This document shows positions 11,566 to 23,000 of a stretch of 64,000 nucleotides of DNA, one piece after another (within the stretch, counting starts at the first letter, position 1; each line of letters opens with the position of its first letter). Below the pieces are notes generated by a model that worked only from the letters and a program-made list of their open reading frames with translations, searched no databases and was not told the DNA's origin. The DNA is from Phallusia mammillata (lineage: Eukaryota). The stretch lies in assembly GCA_965637545.1 (NCBI GenBank), contig OZ281498.1, positions 7,378,001-7,442,000 on the forward strand, read 5' to 3'. The position numbers were made by a program, and so were the translations under genes.

Positions 11566-12501
11566 TTAAAACTCATCATGCCTGGTAAGTGCATCACCCC
11601 AGTCGGTAACCTGTGAACCGACAAATTTGTCATGATGATTTAAAATTTCTTCCTTGGAAAGCATTCCATCTTTGTCGTCATCTGATTCGTATATCAGATG
11701 TTTGGCTTCAGCTTCAGCATGGTTGTAGTCGTCAGGCAAGATCCATTGCTTCACTTCTTCCAAATCCATTTTACCATCTTTATTTTTGTCCCGAAATTCA
11801 GTAAATTGCTGCCTTTCAGTTTCAACCCATTCTGGTTCTTCACCACCTTCATCAGGGTTATACATATCACCAATATACTCTTTAAGACTTACAAAGCCAT
11901 CTTTGTCCTTGTCAATGTCTTCCATAGTTTCCTGAGATACAATGTCCTTCATGTGCTCATATTCCTCAGGATGAAGGAAGGCCTGGAACTCTTCTAGCGA
12001 GCAGGCCATATCCCCATCTTGATCAGCCTTTTTCCATCGTCGGTTATCGCGTTCCAACATCTGCTGATAGCTAAAACTGTCCTGCTCCTGTTGCTGTATA
12101 CTCTCATCATTTAAAAACCCATATGTGACTTCTTTATATTCATCCCAGTGAATTTTACCATCCTTGTCTTTATCATGAGTGCTGAATTGTTTCTCTGCGT
12201 CCTCAGTAATGTATCGACGTTGCGTGAACAAAATCCATGCCACAAGTTCTTCCTCAGTTATTTCGCCATTTTCATCCTTGTCAATTTTGTTAACAATTGT
12301 TCCTAGCCGTTTAAGAGTTTCTTCATCTGACAAGTCCTTGAAGGATTTGGCCTCTTCAGCGCCTAAAAATGCTTCACTGTCATAATCTGGAGAGCCTGGT
12401 GTCTTGTCGCTTAGTTTGTGATCTATAACTCGGTCCTTTTTGGTCACAGCAGCTGCTGCAATGCCAACAAGTGCAGTGATGTACACAATTTTCAACAACA
12501 T
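11566..12501 (-). CDS. CALU: Calumenin-like CREC-family EF-hand protein, copy 1 (311 aa, uninterrupted CDS)
   Basis: Signal peptide [17 protein letters not shown]; six EF-hand loops ([72 protein letters not shown]); HAEAEAKHL and [10 protein letters not shown] motifs; C-terminal HDEF. Confidence 0.92.
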   Translation of the reverse strand: MLLKIVYITALVGIAAAAVTKKDRVIDHKLSDKTPGSPDYDSEAFLGAEEAKSFKDLSDEETLKRLGTIVNKIDKDENGEITEEELVAWILFTQRRYITEDAEKQFSTHDKDKDGKIHWDEYKEVTYGFLNDESIQQQEQDSFSYQQMLERDNRRWKKADQDGDMACSLEEFQAFLHPEEYEHMKDIVSQETMEDIDKDKDGFVSLKEYIGDMYNPDEGGEEPEWVETERQQFTEFRDKNKDGKMDLEEVKQWILPDDYNHAEAEAKHLIYESDDDKDGMLSKEEILNHHDKFVGSQVTDWGDALTRHDEF

Positions 12502-13183
12502 TCTATTTTTGTTAATATTTAAACCTAAAATCCCTGTGAGAAAGATATGACATGGTTTGCACTAACACAATACATATGAAACTTTGCTTCAAATAATCTA
12601 CATGTGCCAACAATTGCACTAACTTTGAGCAGCTGAACATTACTAAAATAGTAAAATACTGTTATGTAGTTAGTTTTTACTTTAAAGCGTCAGAGTTTTC
12701 AGCCATTTATATGTTTAAAGAAGCAACTATCCCCCGTGTATGAACAAACAAGAAGTTTTAGAGTGAGTCACATAAAACACACTGATACAGGCCATTGCAG
12801 AAAGACACATATTAATAAGGCAAACTTGATATTGCTTCATTAGAGGAATACTAAAGGTAGCACTTGGCAGGAAGTTATAAAGAGCAACACTGTGCACCAT
12901 AGGAATATAAAATGTATAAATTTGAAAATGAATACAAATGTTGTGTAAAAGACAAAACAGTTACAACTAGGAGTAATACAAATTAACCTCTTTCCATGAA
13001 GTTTCAGCTGCGATATTTAGTGAATGGGTAGGCATTATGTTTTCAACATAGCATAGGTTATAGGCACATTCACATAATACAGTTTGGTTCCTACTTGATT
13101 ATAGATTAAGCTTTTTAGCGCCTACTTAGCTACCAACTTGGGCTAAAAAATGATTTACTTGGTCAACTTAGCATCTGCAGTCA

Positions 13184-14122
13184 TCAAAACTCGTCATGGC
13201 GTGCTAAGACTTCCCCGAAATCAGTGGCCTGGGAACCAACAAAAGTATCATGATGAGCCATGAATTCATCCCGTGTGAGTGCACCATCTTTATTATCATC
13301 AGCTTCTTCAATTAAATGCTTCACCTCCATCTTGACATGCTCTTCCTGGGTTTGCGGAAAAATCCAGGCTTTGACTTCATCTACATCCATTTTGCCATCT
13401 TTGTCTTTGTCTCGGAATTGAACAAACTGTTCTCTTTCGCTATCAATCCATACTGGTTTTTCACCACCTTCTTCTTCGTTGAACATGTCACCTAGGTACT
13501 CTTCAACATCAATAAAACCGTCACCATCCTTGTCAATGTCTTCCAATGTTTCCCTTGCAACAATGTCCCTCATACGTACAAAGTCCTCCGGATGCAAAAA
13601 ATGTGCAAACTCCTCCTCGGTTAGGATCCTATCATCGTCAGTGTCTGCAGCATTCCATCGTCGCTCATCTCGTGCAATCATTTTGTTGTAACTAAACTTA
13701 TTTTCACTGTCCTCTTTTAAATCTTCCTCTCTGAGAAAACCGTAACTGGTTTCTTTATATTCATCCCAGTGAACCTTACCATCTTTATTTTTATCGTAAG
13801 TGTCAAGTTGCCTTGTCGAGTCTTCATTGACGTATCTGGCTTGGGTGAAAGTGATCCATTCTTCAAGTTCTTTTTCATCCACTTTTCCATCTCCGTCTTT
13901 GTCAATTTTGTCAGCTAGAACACCAAGTCTTCTTTCACTCTCTTGCGGATCCAGTTTTTTAAATTCAGCAGCCCTCTCGGAGCCAAGAAAAGCTTCATGG
14001 TCATATTCAGGAGAGTCTTTAGGTTCGTCACTTAGCGCCTGGTCAACCACTCGGTCATGGTTTGGTACACCGGCTTGAGCAAAACCCACAAATATCAAAA
14101 ACAATAAATATACACTGGTCAT
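13184..14122 (-). CDS. CALU: Calumenin-like CREC-family EF-hand protein, copy 2 (312 aa, uninterrupted CDS)
   Basis: Signal peptide MTSVYLLFLIFVGFAQA, six EF-hand loops, FVGSQATDFGEVLARHDEF C-terminus; colinear paralogue of copy 1. Confidence 0.9.
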   Translation of the reverse strand: MTSVYLLFLIFVGFAQAGVPNHDRVVDQALSDEPKDSPEYDHEAFLGSERAAEFKKLDPQESERRLGVLADKIDKDGDGKVDEKELEEWITFTQARYVNEDSTRQLDTYDKNKDGKVHWDEYKETSYGFLREEDLKEDSENKFSYNKMIARDERRWNAADTDDDRILTEEEFAHFLHPEDFVRMRDIVARETLEDIDKDGDGFIDVEEYLGDMFNEEEGGEKPVWIDSEREQFVQFRDKDKDGKMDVDEVKAWIFPQTQEEHVKMEVKHLIEEADDNKDGALTRDEFMAHHDTFVGSQATDFGEVLARHDEF

Positions 14123-15181
14123 TTTACTTGTTTTAAACTAACCAGAAAATTTATATTGTTGCAAACTAAAAATATAAAGTACAAACTTAAATTATAAAAT
14201 GTTCCTATGTCTTTTTTTCTATGCTTTTTTAGTTGCAGGAGTGCAATGTTATTGATTATTTTATTGATGTTATATTTTTAACATAAATTATATGAACAGG
14301 CAGGTTGGGTAAGCAATAAACAACAAAACCAGCTAGAATCAACATAATATTTACTGCAATCCTATTGTGTTTTCAACAATCCGTTTTTGATTAAAAACAA
14401 AATTACTATTGTTAAAGAAGCTTTATATTCTTCACACAATTGCAAATTATACTTGCAAAACAAAACAATCACTCTCATGACTTTTAAGAAAGGCAAGTAG
14501 CAAACGTCTAAAAACACACACAAATATTTTTGAACATCCTGCTCTTAGGCAATTCGTATAAGCCTTCTCTTTATCATATAGTCGCCTATATCCCTTATAA
14601 GTTGGGAAGAACACGTCAGCATAAGTTGCACTATCATTACCCGAGGAAACCAAATCCGTGCAGAGAAGTCAGAAGAAGTTTTCTCAGACAGACAGGAAGC
14701 AGTAAAGTTAATGTACACATCAGCGCATGTGAATGCCGCTACTTTCCCATGCCGCAAAATACTGCCACCTTGCGTTCGTCGGAATGCAATAATGCGAAAC
14801 AAGGTTTAATTTAATTAAAAGTGCTTGGGTTGGTAGTTGTTACCAATAAACAAATCATATTGTGAATTTTACGTCAAGGTTTACCTCAAACGCGGGACAT
14901 ATATTATGCATAAAATAGTAAATTTAACTTTCTGTGTGTAGGCTGCACAACTATCTTCTCTACAAAACAGTTTGGCTTGCGTAGACGTGCAACATAATTT
15001 CATTTTGCAATGACATGAAAAAAAGGTGTAACTCGTCTCACAACTTTCCTGAACGTTAAGCACATACATTTTAAATCATAAACAAGGATCGAAAAAAATT
15101 AAAAATATAACCTATGTGGTCTCGAAATTAACTCAACCAACTTAATAATTATGTCGTTGCTTTTCATATTAGCCTATAGGC

Positions 15182-15268
15182 CAGCGGTTGTCAAAAGGAC
15201 CGCAAGCCCTCGAAATAATGGCAAAGGGACCGTTTTTAAAACCATATGAAAAAGTTTGAGAACCACTG
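15182..15268. mobile_element. 87-bp internally deleted hAT MITE (same family as 17366-17767)
   Basis: Ends CAGCGGTT ... AAGTTTGAGAACCACTG. The internal GGACCGC.AGCCCTCGAAATAATGGCAAAGGGACCGT is shared with the 17.4 kb copy. TSD CTATAGGC / CTATAGGT. Confidence 0.8.
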
Positions 15269-17092
15269 CTATAGGTTATTGTGGACTAGCAACGTTTAGG
15301 TAAAAGTGAGAAAATTGCGCCATATTTGAATAAATAAGGTTGACAATTTTTTTTTTCACGGGGTTCGAACCCAGGACTAGGACCCGGGGACGAATCCCGA
15401 TCAGTTTTTTTATGTCTGTTTAAGTAAAAAATCATAGGCTACACCCAAGTGACATCTTGTGATTTAATTTGTAACCTGGGGCAAAGGTGGTGTCGGTCGG
15501 AAACAAATAAAATGATTACTTGATTGAAAGGCAGCAAGAATTGCAGCATGTTAGATATTTTGGAAAATGATCGTAACTAAAATTAACTAACTAAGTCAGC
15601 AACTTTAAAAGAGAATTGTCGCAAGTTTCAGATAAGCGGCCAAAAAACTAACACACAAAAATAGGACAAGCAAGAACAAATAAGTAACTTAATAATAAAG
15701 GTTCACTTCAAAAAGTATTTGTGGTTGAGTAGTGCTTTCGTAACTCTTAAGATACGAAACCCAAAGTCAAATTTAGAGATATTAAAAACAAAACATATTG
15801 TAAAAGAAGTATACCACATAGGATGAAAAGAATGATCTTGTGCATAGTTGGCTCCCGAAATATTTTTTGTGATAAAGATTTTTGGCCGGTGTTAGGCAAA
15901 TTAGATGTGCTCATTTCGTCCTCGTATACGAATGACCTATCCTTTCTGGAAACAAAAATAATTTTGTCGACATATCTGCCTTTTATCGTCTACGGCAGTG
16001 GTTCCCAACCTTTATCGACGAATTCTACACTTAACAATTAAAAACTCATTCCTACCCAATGGACTAGTCGCACAGTAGATGCAAAACCAAACAATGATTA
16101 TTTAACATTGGGTCTTTTATCAACTAAAATTTCCCACCAGAAGCTGCTGCTGTGCCATTATGTGCTTCGATGAACACATTTTTCAAAAATCATTTGGTTA
16201 TTTCTAATATTTGAACACAATGCCTTGGATTGAAATATATTCGGTTTAATTAAGTAAAGTTTTCGCTAACGTTGAATTGATTCAAAGAAATTTGTAAAAG
16301 GGAATTTTTTACACAAAATTTATGCAAAAAATCCTATCAAACACGTGATAACGCACCCGGTAACTGTAACTTATTGCAGATGTGAGCCAGCTTTCAAAGT
16401 TATGAAAATCAGACTCCCTTAAGTACTTCATTTTGTAAAGAACCGGTTTGATTTAAAATAGCAAAGCCCAAAATAAACCGCACAATAGCCACACATTCGC
16501 CCTTATCGTTAAAACTCAAAAAGTCACGTGTCCACTTTCAAGAACAATCTGAAGTGCGTAAGTTCAGAATGAATTGGTCTCGAAAAGCTCCCAACGCCAC
16601 CACTTGACATACGACTAAGCTGCGTTGCTACGCCTATTCGCACGGCTGATTTGGAAAAAGAGATTGACTTTTTCGCCAGGCATATTCGAAACGTTGAGGT
16701 CAATTGATGACAGAAAACTTGGGAGTCCTAATTTGATAGGACAACTTTCGAATTTCCCCATGTTGTCACAAAAAATTGGTGAACAGTACAAATAACTAAA
16801 AACAGTGCATTAGGCAATTTAGCCGTTTCTAGCAAAGCAGTAAAAGGGCAAAAGCAGAAAATGGACGCAAACAAGTATCCTACAAAAAAGAAACATAGTC
16901 AAACAAAGAGTGGTAGCCTATATGAGAGTTAGCATACATAAATGTTAGGCCTTAAAGACGCTATTGTTGTGCTCCAAGTGATTAATAGTCAAAGTAACTG
17001 ACTTGGTAGGTAACGCCTAGGTTTTGTCGAATATTGTTCCCTTTTAAGTGCACAAACGTGACTATAGAGGGGTGGACCTTGGCTATTTAACT

Positions 17093-20000
17093 ATGGATAA
17101 GAGTGGGGAATACAGTACCCTGCATGGTACGTGCTGTGACAATCAAGATTGTGGATTTTTTGATAACGATGATGAACATGACGAACTGGACGATGACGTG
17201 TTCAGCTTGGACAGACAAGTTTCTTTGGAGGTAAATTATTTCTCCCATATATGCTACATTTGTAAATGATAAGATGTTATTTTTATATGTAAATAATGTT
17301 AGCACAAAAACTGGAAACAACTTTCAACGCAAAAATGCATTTTTTCTAGGGGCCACCATTTAGAACAGCGGTTCCCAAACTGGGGTCCGTGAGGCAATTT
17401 TAGGGGGACCGCAAAGCGGTTGAAATAATTCTATATTCTTATTTGGCGTCAGTTTGTGCCACTAAATAAGTTTAAATCAAAGTAGAATTGAGTATCGACT
17501 GTCTCCATTGCTAAACAGTGGCCTTTATTGAATAACAACTATCAAAAATGCAATTGTTCGCGCACAATCGTAATGTTTTTGTCCTGTTTGTGATGTCACA
17601 TGCTGTCTTTGGATGATTGTTATGCGCAATTTTGCATAACTAGCTAAAATCCTGCAATCAACTTTCGTTTTTATGAAATACACATTAAGGCTTCAGGACC
17701 GCGAGCCCTCGAAATAATGGCAAAGGGACCGTCTTGAAAAAAATATGAAAAAGTTTGGGAACCACTGATTTAGAAAGATTTGCTTTTTATCTGAAAATCG
17801 CATTAAATACGTAAAATTGTAAGACCATGTAACGCTAAAACACGCCTTAGCTTTCATTGATACCTATCAGCTACAAAGTTATATAACAAAGCACTTACAT
17901 ATTTTCTTGTCTTCAGGCACCCAACAGGGCACAAGCGAGCCGTACAACCTGTTCTTCTGGTTACGTCAGCGACCTAACTCCACCCCCAATTCACCCCTCA
18001 GAAACCCGCTTACCAAAACCGAGCGCTAACGTGATGACCCAGACAGACTTTCCTGCCGATGAACCAACAGAACCGGTTCAAGATCCGGATGTAGCACCGG
18101 AGCCTAGTCTAGAATCGCCACGACGCCCCACTGTTAGCAAAAGTTTTTGTTGGCGCCATGATGGTTTTAGTGATGTAGTTTCACCTCCTGCAAGGCCGAG
18201 TAGCTTATGTTCTGAAGAGCAAGGCGAAGTTCAACAACCTCACCCTGGCGGTAAGAAAACAAGTCCCCAGTTATGTGCTATAAGTAATTTCTGTTTGGCA
18301 ACAAATAACAAAAGACACATGTTAAATTTGATGTGTAGGCTACAAGGGGCACAGGTGTGGGCACACAAAAAATTCACCAAAAATCAATGAGCCATTTTGT
18401 TTTTTGATGTTCAGAATTAAGTCTGTGTTGCAAATGATTTAATTTCCTAATTTATTCGACTATTTCTCACACTATTTGTCCATATTGAGGTTTATTTTAG
18501 CAAATAAATATCCAGATACATGTACTTTACAGTTTAGTCGAGTTGCTACATATACTTTTTAGGACGGGGTGGTCACAGGTCTTACGTGGTTACTTATAAG
18601 AGGCCACGAGACACGAAAGTTACTTTTAGGGGGGCACGGCTCATGAAAGGTTGAGACCCACTGGTCTACATGATTTATTCGATACACACAAGTACTCTGG
18701 CAGTTATGTTTTTGAATAAATGTATTTCTTTGTGAAAATAACTTTTGGCGTTTAAACCCATACACCGCATGTTCAATTCACTTATTGCTGTTTTCGAAGT
18801 TACGCCGAGAGTGGGCTACCGGCATCAATCTTGTCAGATCTGCAAATCGCACTTCGACAAACGTCTCAACTTGAAGAGTAGAAAGGAACTGACGAACACA
18901 CAAAAGGTTTGTGTTTGCATTTCCGCCAATATAAACGCCTTGGAACAAATCTAACAGGATCTTGTGCTCGATGCGAATTTTGTGTACCCGATTGTAGTTC
19001 CAATTGTTGAATCTAAAAAGTTGTTTTAACAACACCAGTAGGAAATAATGTTGACTGTCTAAATATATATTGTTTGCTGTTGAATTGCAATAAACTTTGT
19101 TTACCTATGAGTAAGTTGTAATGATAAGTCAATTTTTACTTTACAGTTTCAGATACTGTATCAAGGGTATTGAACCGTGGTTTCCATGACATCTATAAGA
19201 AAGTATAAACAATTTTGGAGGTTGTAAGCACAATAGTTCCAAGTGGGCCCAATACGGTAATAAAGGCAATGTCCGAATTAGGCCCTAGAGTTGGCTTGCA
19301 CAATATGACCGAATAGGAAATCGGTCGATTAAAGCCCGTTTTGTTCAAACTTGAGCGCCGAATCTGGCCCGAAAACCAGGCCCGATGTACACAACTCTGA
19401 CATTCACTATGTTTAACTAAGTCAAAAATATTAATACTCTGCTTTTTTGATGGACGCATAGATTATTTCGCCGCAGTCACACAATTAAGTTATGATTTAT
19501 TTTAGATACCAGCCGACCCTACTGTCGCACAAGTGAAATCGTGTCCAGTTAACTTACTGGCTGAAAAAATTACCCGGTGTTCGAATCTATGGACTGAAGA
19601 CCGAACTTTCTATCTCGGCGTGGATGCTGGCCGCCTGCAAAGTAATTTACACATGAGACGCCATTCAGCTCGACTGCCTTCAAGGCGTTCAGGGCACGGC
19701 TTACTTAATAGCAGAGTGAGTTAAAGCTTATATCAACCACAATAAGCAATGGTTTGTGACATTTATATTGAGGGGGATTCGAGCGACAAATTTACCTCTA
19801 CCAGTTTTGTCAAACAAGAATTTTTTACATTTATTGAAGAAAAGTGGGTAAAATAAATTAATTAAAGCAAACGATACAAGCATTTATTAACTGTCGAGAA
19901 ACTTGGAAATGTTGATAAAAACAGGGTACGCGCTGAAACCACCCACGGACCTCGTGCGTCTCGGGGCATCCAACGGTCGTGATCAATTTACCTTTGTATC

Positions 20001-23000
20001 TAATATATAATAAAATGCTGGTTCGTACATTAAATGCATATCAATACCAGCGAATTTTAACAGACATGATTCATTAAACAAAATCTAAATCGACAATAAA
20101 ACTTACTTTTTAAAATTTTAATTTGCTTCGCACCCAGATGCAGACACGTTCCTGTTCGTTCTGCAATGACGACAAAGAAGACGTCACGGATGACGTTGCT
20201 GAACGTCGCAAATCTAACGCATGTGGACGTCATTCGTTCTGGATCCGAACTCTCACACTTCCACCAGGTACATTATTTTTTTCCAACTCCTACAAGCTGA
20301 ATTAAATGCAGAGTCATAATAATGAATATTTTTTTCTATTAGAATAAGGACTAATGCTGATATGTTGTTTATACTTTATAGCGAAATCGAAATCAACAAT
20401 AATTTCCATTAATTTTCAAGAAATAGGCCTGCACTGACCGATTCAAGTGTGCTATAAGTTACAGCTGTGATATGTCTATATTGGTGACTGGAATCGTGTG
20501 TACAGCATCGGTATTTAACAACGATTTCTGTATTAGCACATCTTTAATAAAATTTGGATTTTAATTATGAATTTTATTTTTAGACAAGAAGTCCCGCCCC
20601 ATGTCTGCGTGGAAAGAGCCTGAAAATATAAAAGGAAAAAGAAACGTAAGTATAAACTGCAATGCAAACCGTCAATAGTTTAAAAAAAATGTTTTGGGTA
20701 GAATAAGCATTTTTTCACCAAACACAAGCCTAAGTCACCATTAATTCACCCAGCAATACGTAACTGGAGTCTCTCCACCATAAAGACGGTGTAACTGATT
20801 GTTTTAAGTTTAGGAATTTCAACATTAAAAATTTTGCGATCAAGTGACCAGGGATAGATAGGAAGAAGTGTTATTGGTGCTTAGTCAAAAATGAAATAAG
20901 TGTTTCCTTTTAAAATGGTGTTTGCCACTTGTTTCCAAACGACACCTTACCGAATTGCGTTGTCTCGTCGTAAGCACAGCAAGCTGAAGAGCTCACACCA
21001 AACAACGCTCTAAAACGTGAGCAAACAAACTTAAGGGCCAAAGCTCACATCGAAAACAAGAGTGTTGGGTAAATTCCAATGCGGTTTGGCTGGTACTTGA
21101 CTTTGGAATCAGAGCAACTTGACAAAATGAATACAGTGAAAATCCCTAATTAGATGGCAAGCACAATGTCGTGTTGTAGAGACATGTTTTTAATGAAATT
21201 TATTTTCCTGCTGCAGTGGATACTGGTACAATGTGTCACCAAGCACACCATTAAACCACTTTGTTCTGCGGAACCCGAACCGAAGCTTTTCTACAGAGAA
21301 ATCGGGGCACAGGAGATGATTCTTTGTCCATCGCAGAATCGAACTGTAGAAGTCATCGAGGATATTTGCTGCCAGGTAAAAAACTGCCATGAAAAGTAAA
21401 GAATGGTGATGACAAAATACAGTTTATATTTACTATAATAGGCTCCTAAATCATGTATCAATTTCCCTCTTTCAGTCGGTTTAATTCATAAATTTTGTTT
21501 CTTGTGGTTTTTGACTTTCAAATCGACTGAAGATCATGTTTATTAATAAATGTTTAATATGTTATTTATGTTGCGTCGCACTGAACGTTCTTTGTTTGCA
21601 GATGTACGGTTTAAAACAAATCGGACACTATTATAATATGCAACCGTGCAAAAGTATGTTGCCAACCAACAACTTTTTGTGTGGTTTTCATCGGCGACAA
21701 AATAAAAACCATAGTGGGTGTTTAACTGTGGGCGAGGGTTTTGCAGCCACATTAAATCGTGTTGTTTATATAGCACTTCATCAAGTCCTCGAAGAAAGAA
21801 GCTTTAGAAAATGGTCGAAAGGTTGAACTTATGTTTTCTGCCAAAGGACCGATGGTGCGCGACGACAAACATTTAACCGGTAGGTGGTGATCTACAGCAA
21901 AAGCGAGTTTCAAAAAAGTAAAAGTAATTTGGCAGTAACCAAAACTCTGGCACTGCTTTGTATTTAAGGCCGCAGCATTTTCTTCTTTTGCTGCGACGAG
22001 CCAATCACAAGGCGGTATCTCTGTGACGCGTGTAAACTGGCCAATGAGAAGCTTGCAAGCCTGACCACGCCTCCAATTTTCTCGGTACCTCCTGCTTCAG
22101 CTCCACCCAAGCAAGCTCGCAGCAACATCAGAAAATCGGCGCCATCGCTCCCATCGCCGCTTGCCTCCATGGTCCGTGTTGGCCGACGCAATTCGAAGGC
22201 TTCTGCCGGTTTAAAGCGGTCAAACTCACGTGCTTCTTCAGCAGGCAGTGCTAGTAACGCTTCCAATGCTTTTGCGATAACTGCTATCACAACCACTACT
22301 TCTTCAGACGCAGCTTGTTATCACACGGTACAGTGCATGCTTAAGACTATCCATAGACCAATTTCCGTTAGAATCTTTCAAACATTGTACAACCTAGTTA
22401 CATAGCTTGACTTCGCATAATTAGCATTGAAATATCCAGAGCCTTAGATAGATCAGCGAGACTTTAGAATTTAGATGACAAACAATAATAACATTTAAGA
22501 CCTTTGGAGCATGTGTAGTTTACTACAACTAACAAACTTCTTTAATTCCTGTAGATTTGCTTGCTTGTGTGTCATTTATAAGTAGTTTCTGTCATTTAGT
22601 AAGTGCTGGCCACGTTGTGGTTCTTTTGAGAAAACATATAACTTTCATGTATCATGTCCAATACCGCTTAAATTCATTAAAAACAACTTCGTTTTATGGC
22701 CACCATAAACAAACAAATCGAAAAAAATCCGAATCGTTGGCAGATGACCCAAAAATCAACGACATAAGTTTGGTCCCGCATGTAAAAGTAGAGGTAAACT
22801 AATGAAAATAGTAAATCACAAAACAGCTTTACTGACGATTCAGTACAAAACCGTTTCCTCTCGTATAAATTTATTGGCGCAATCCTCGGCGCCAGGCTCT
22901 GACGTACTTCGCACCCTAGTTACGTCATAACCATTGTGCGCGTGACCTGTTCCAACTGTGAATAGCTTGTCATGGTGGCCAGCAAATCGCCAACGACGTC

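Noticed and set aside
14447-14814. Overlapping short ORFs upstream of calumenin copy 2
   Set aside because: No motif, no consistent splice chain, and non-ATG starts.
15996-18663. MITE-like left end at 15996 and right end at 18663 as one 2.7-kb element
   Set aside because: Flanks match only 6/8, which is explained by the shared target preference, and the span would contain exons 1-2 of the EF-hand gene. More likely two solo ends.
19286-19399. AGAGTTG...CAACTCTG possible MITE
   Set aside because: Short degenerate ends and no TSD.
19998-20030. A-TCTAATATATAATAAAATG as a Helitron 5' end
   Set aside because: No hairpin/CTAG 3' end in the same intron, and AT-rich matches arise easily.
20975-21068. 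Possible extra exon (QQAEELTPNNALKREQ...)
   Set aside because: Phases 1/2 do not fit the flanking phase-0 junctions, and the acceptor is weak.
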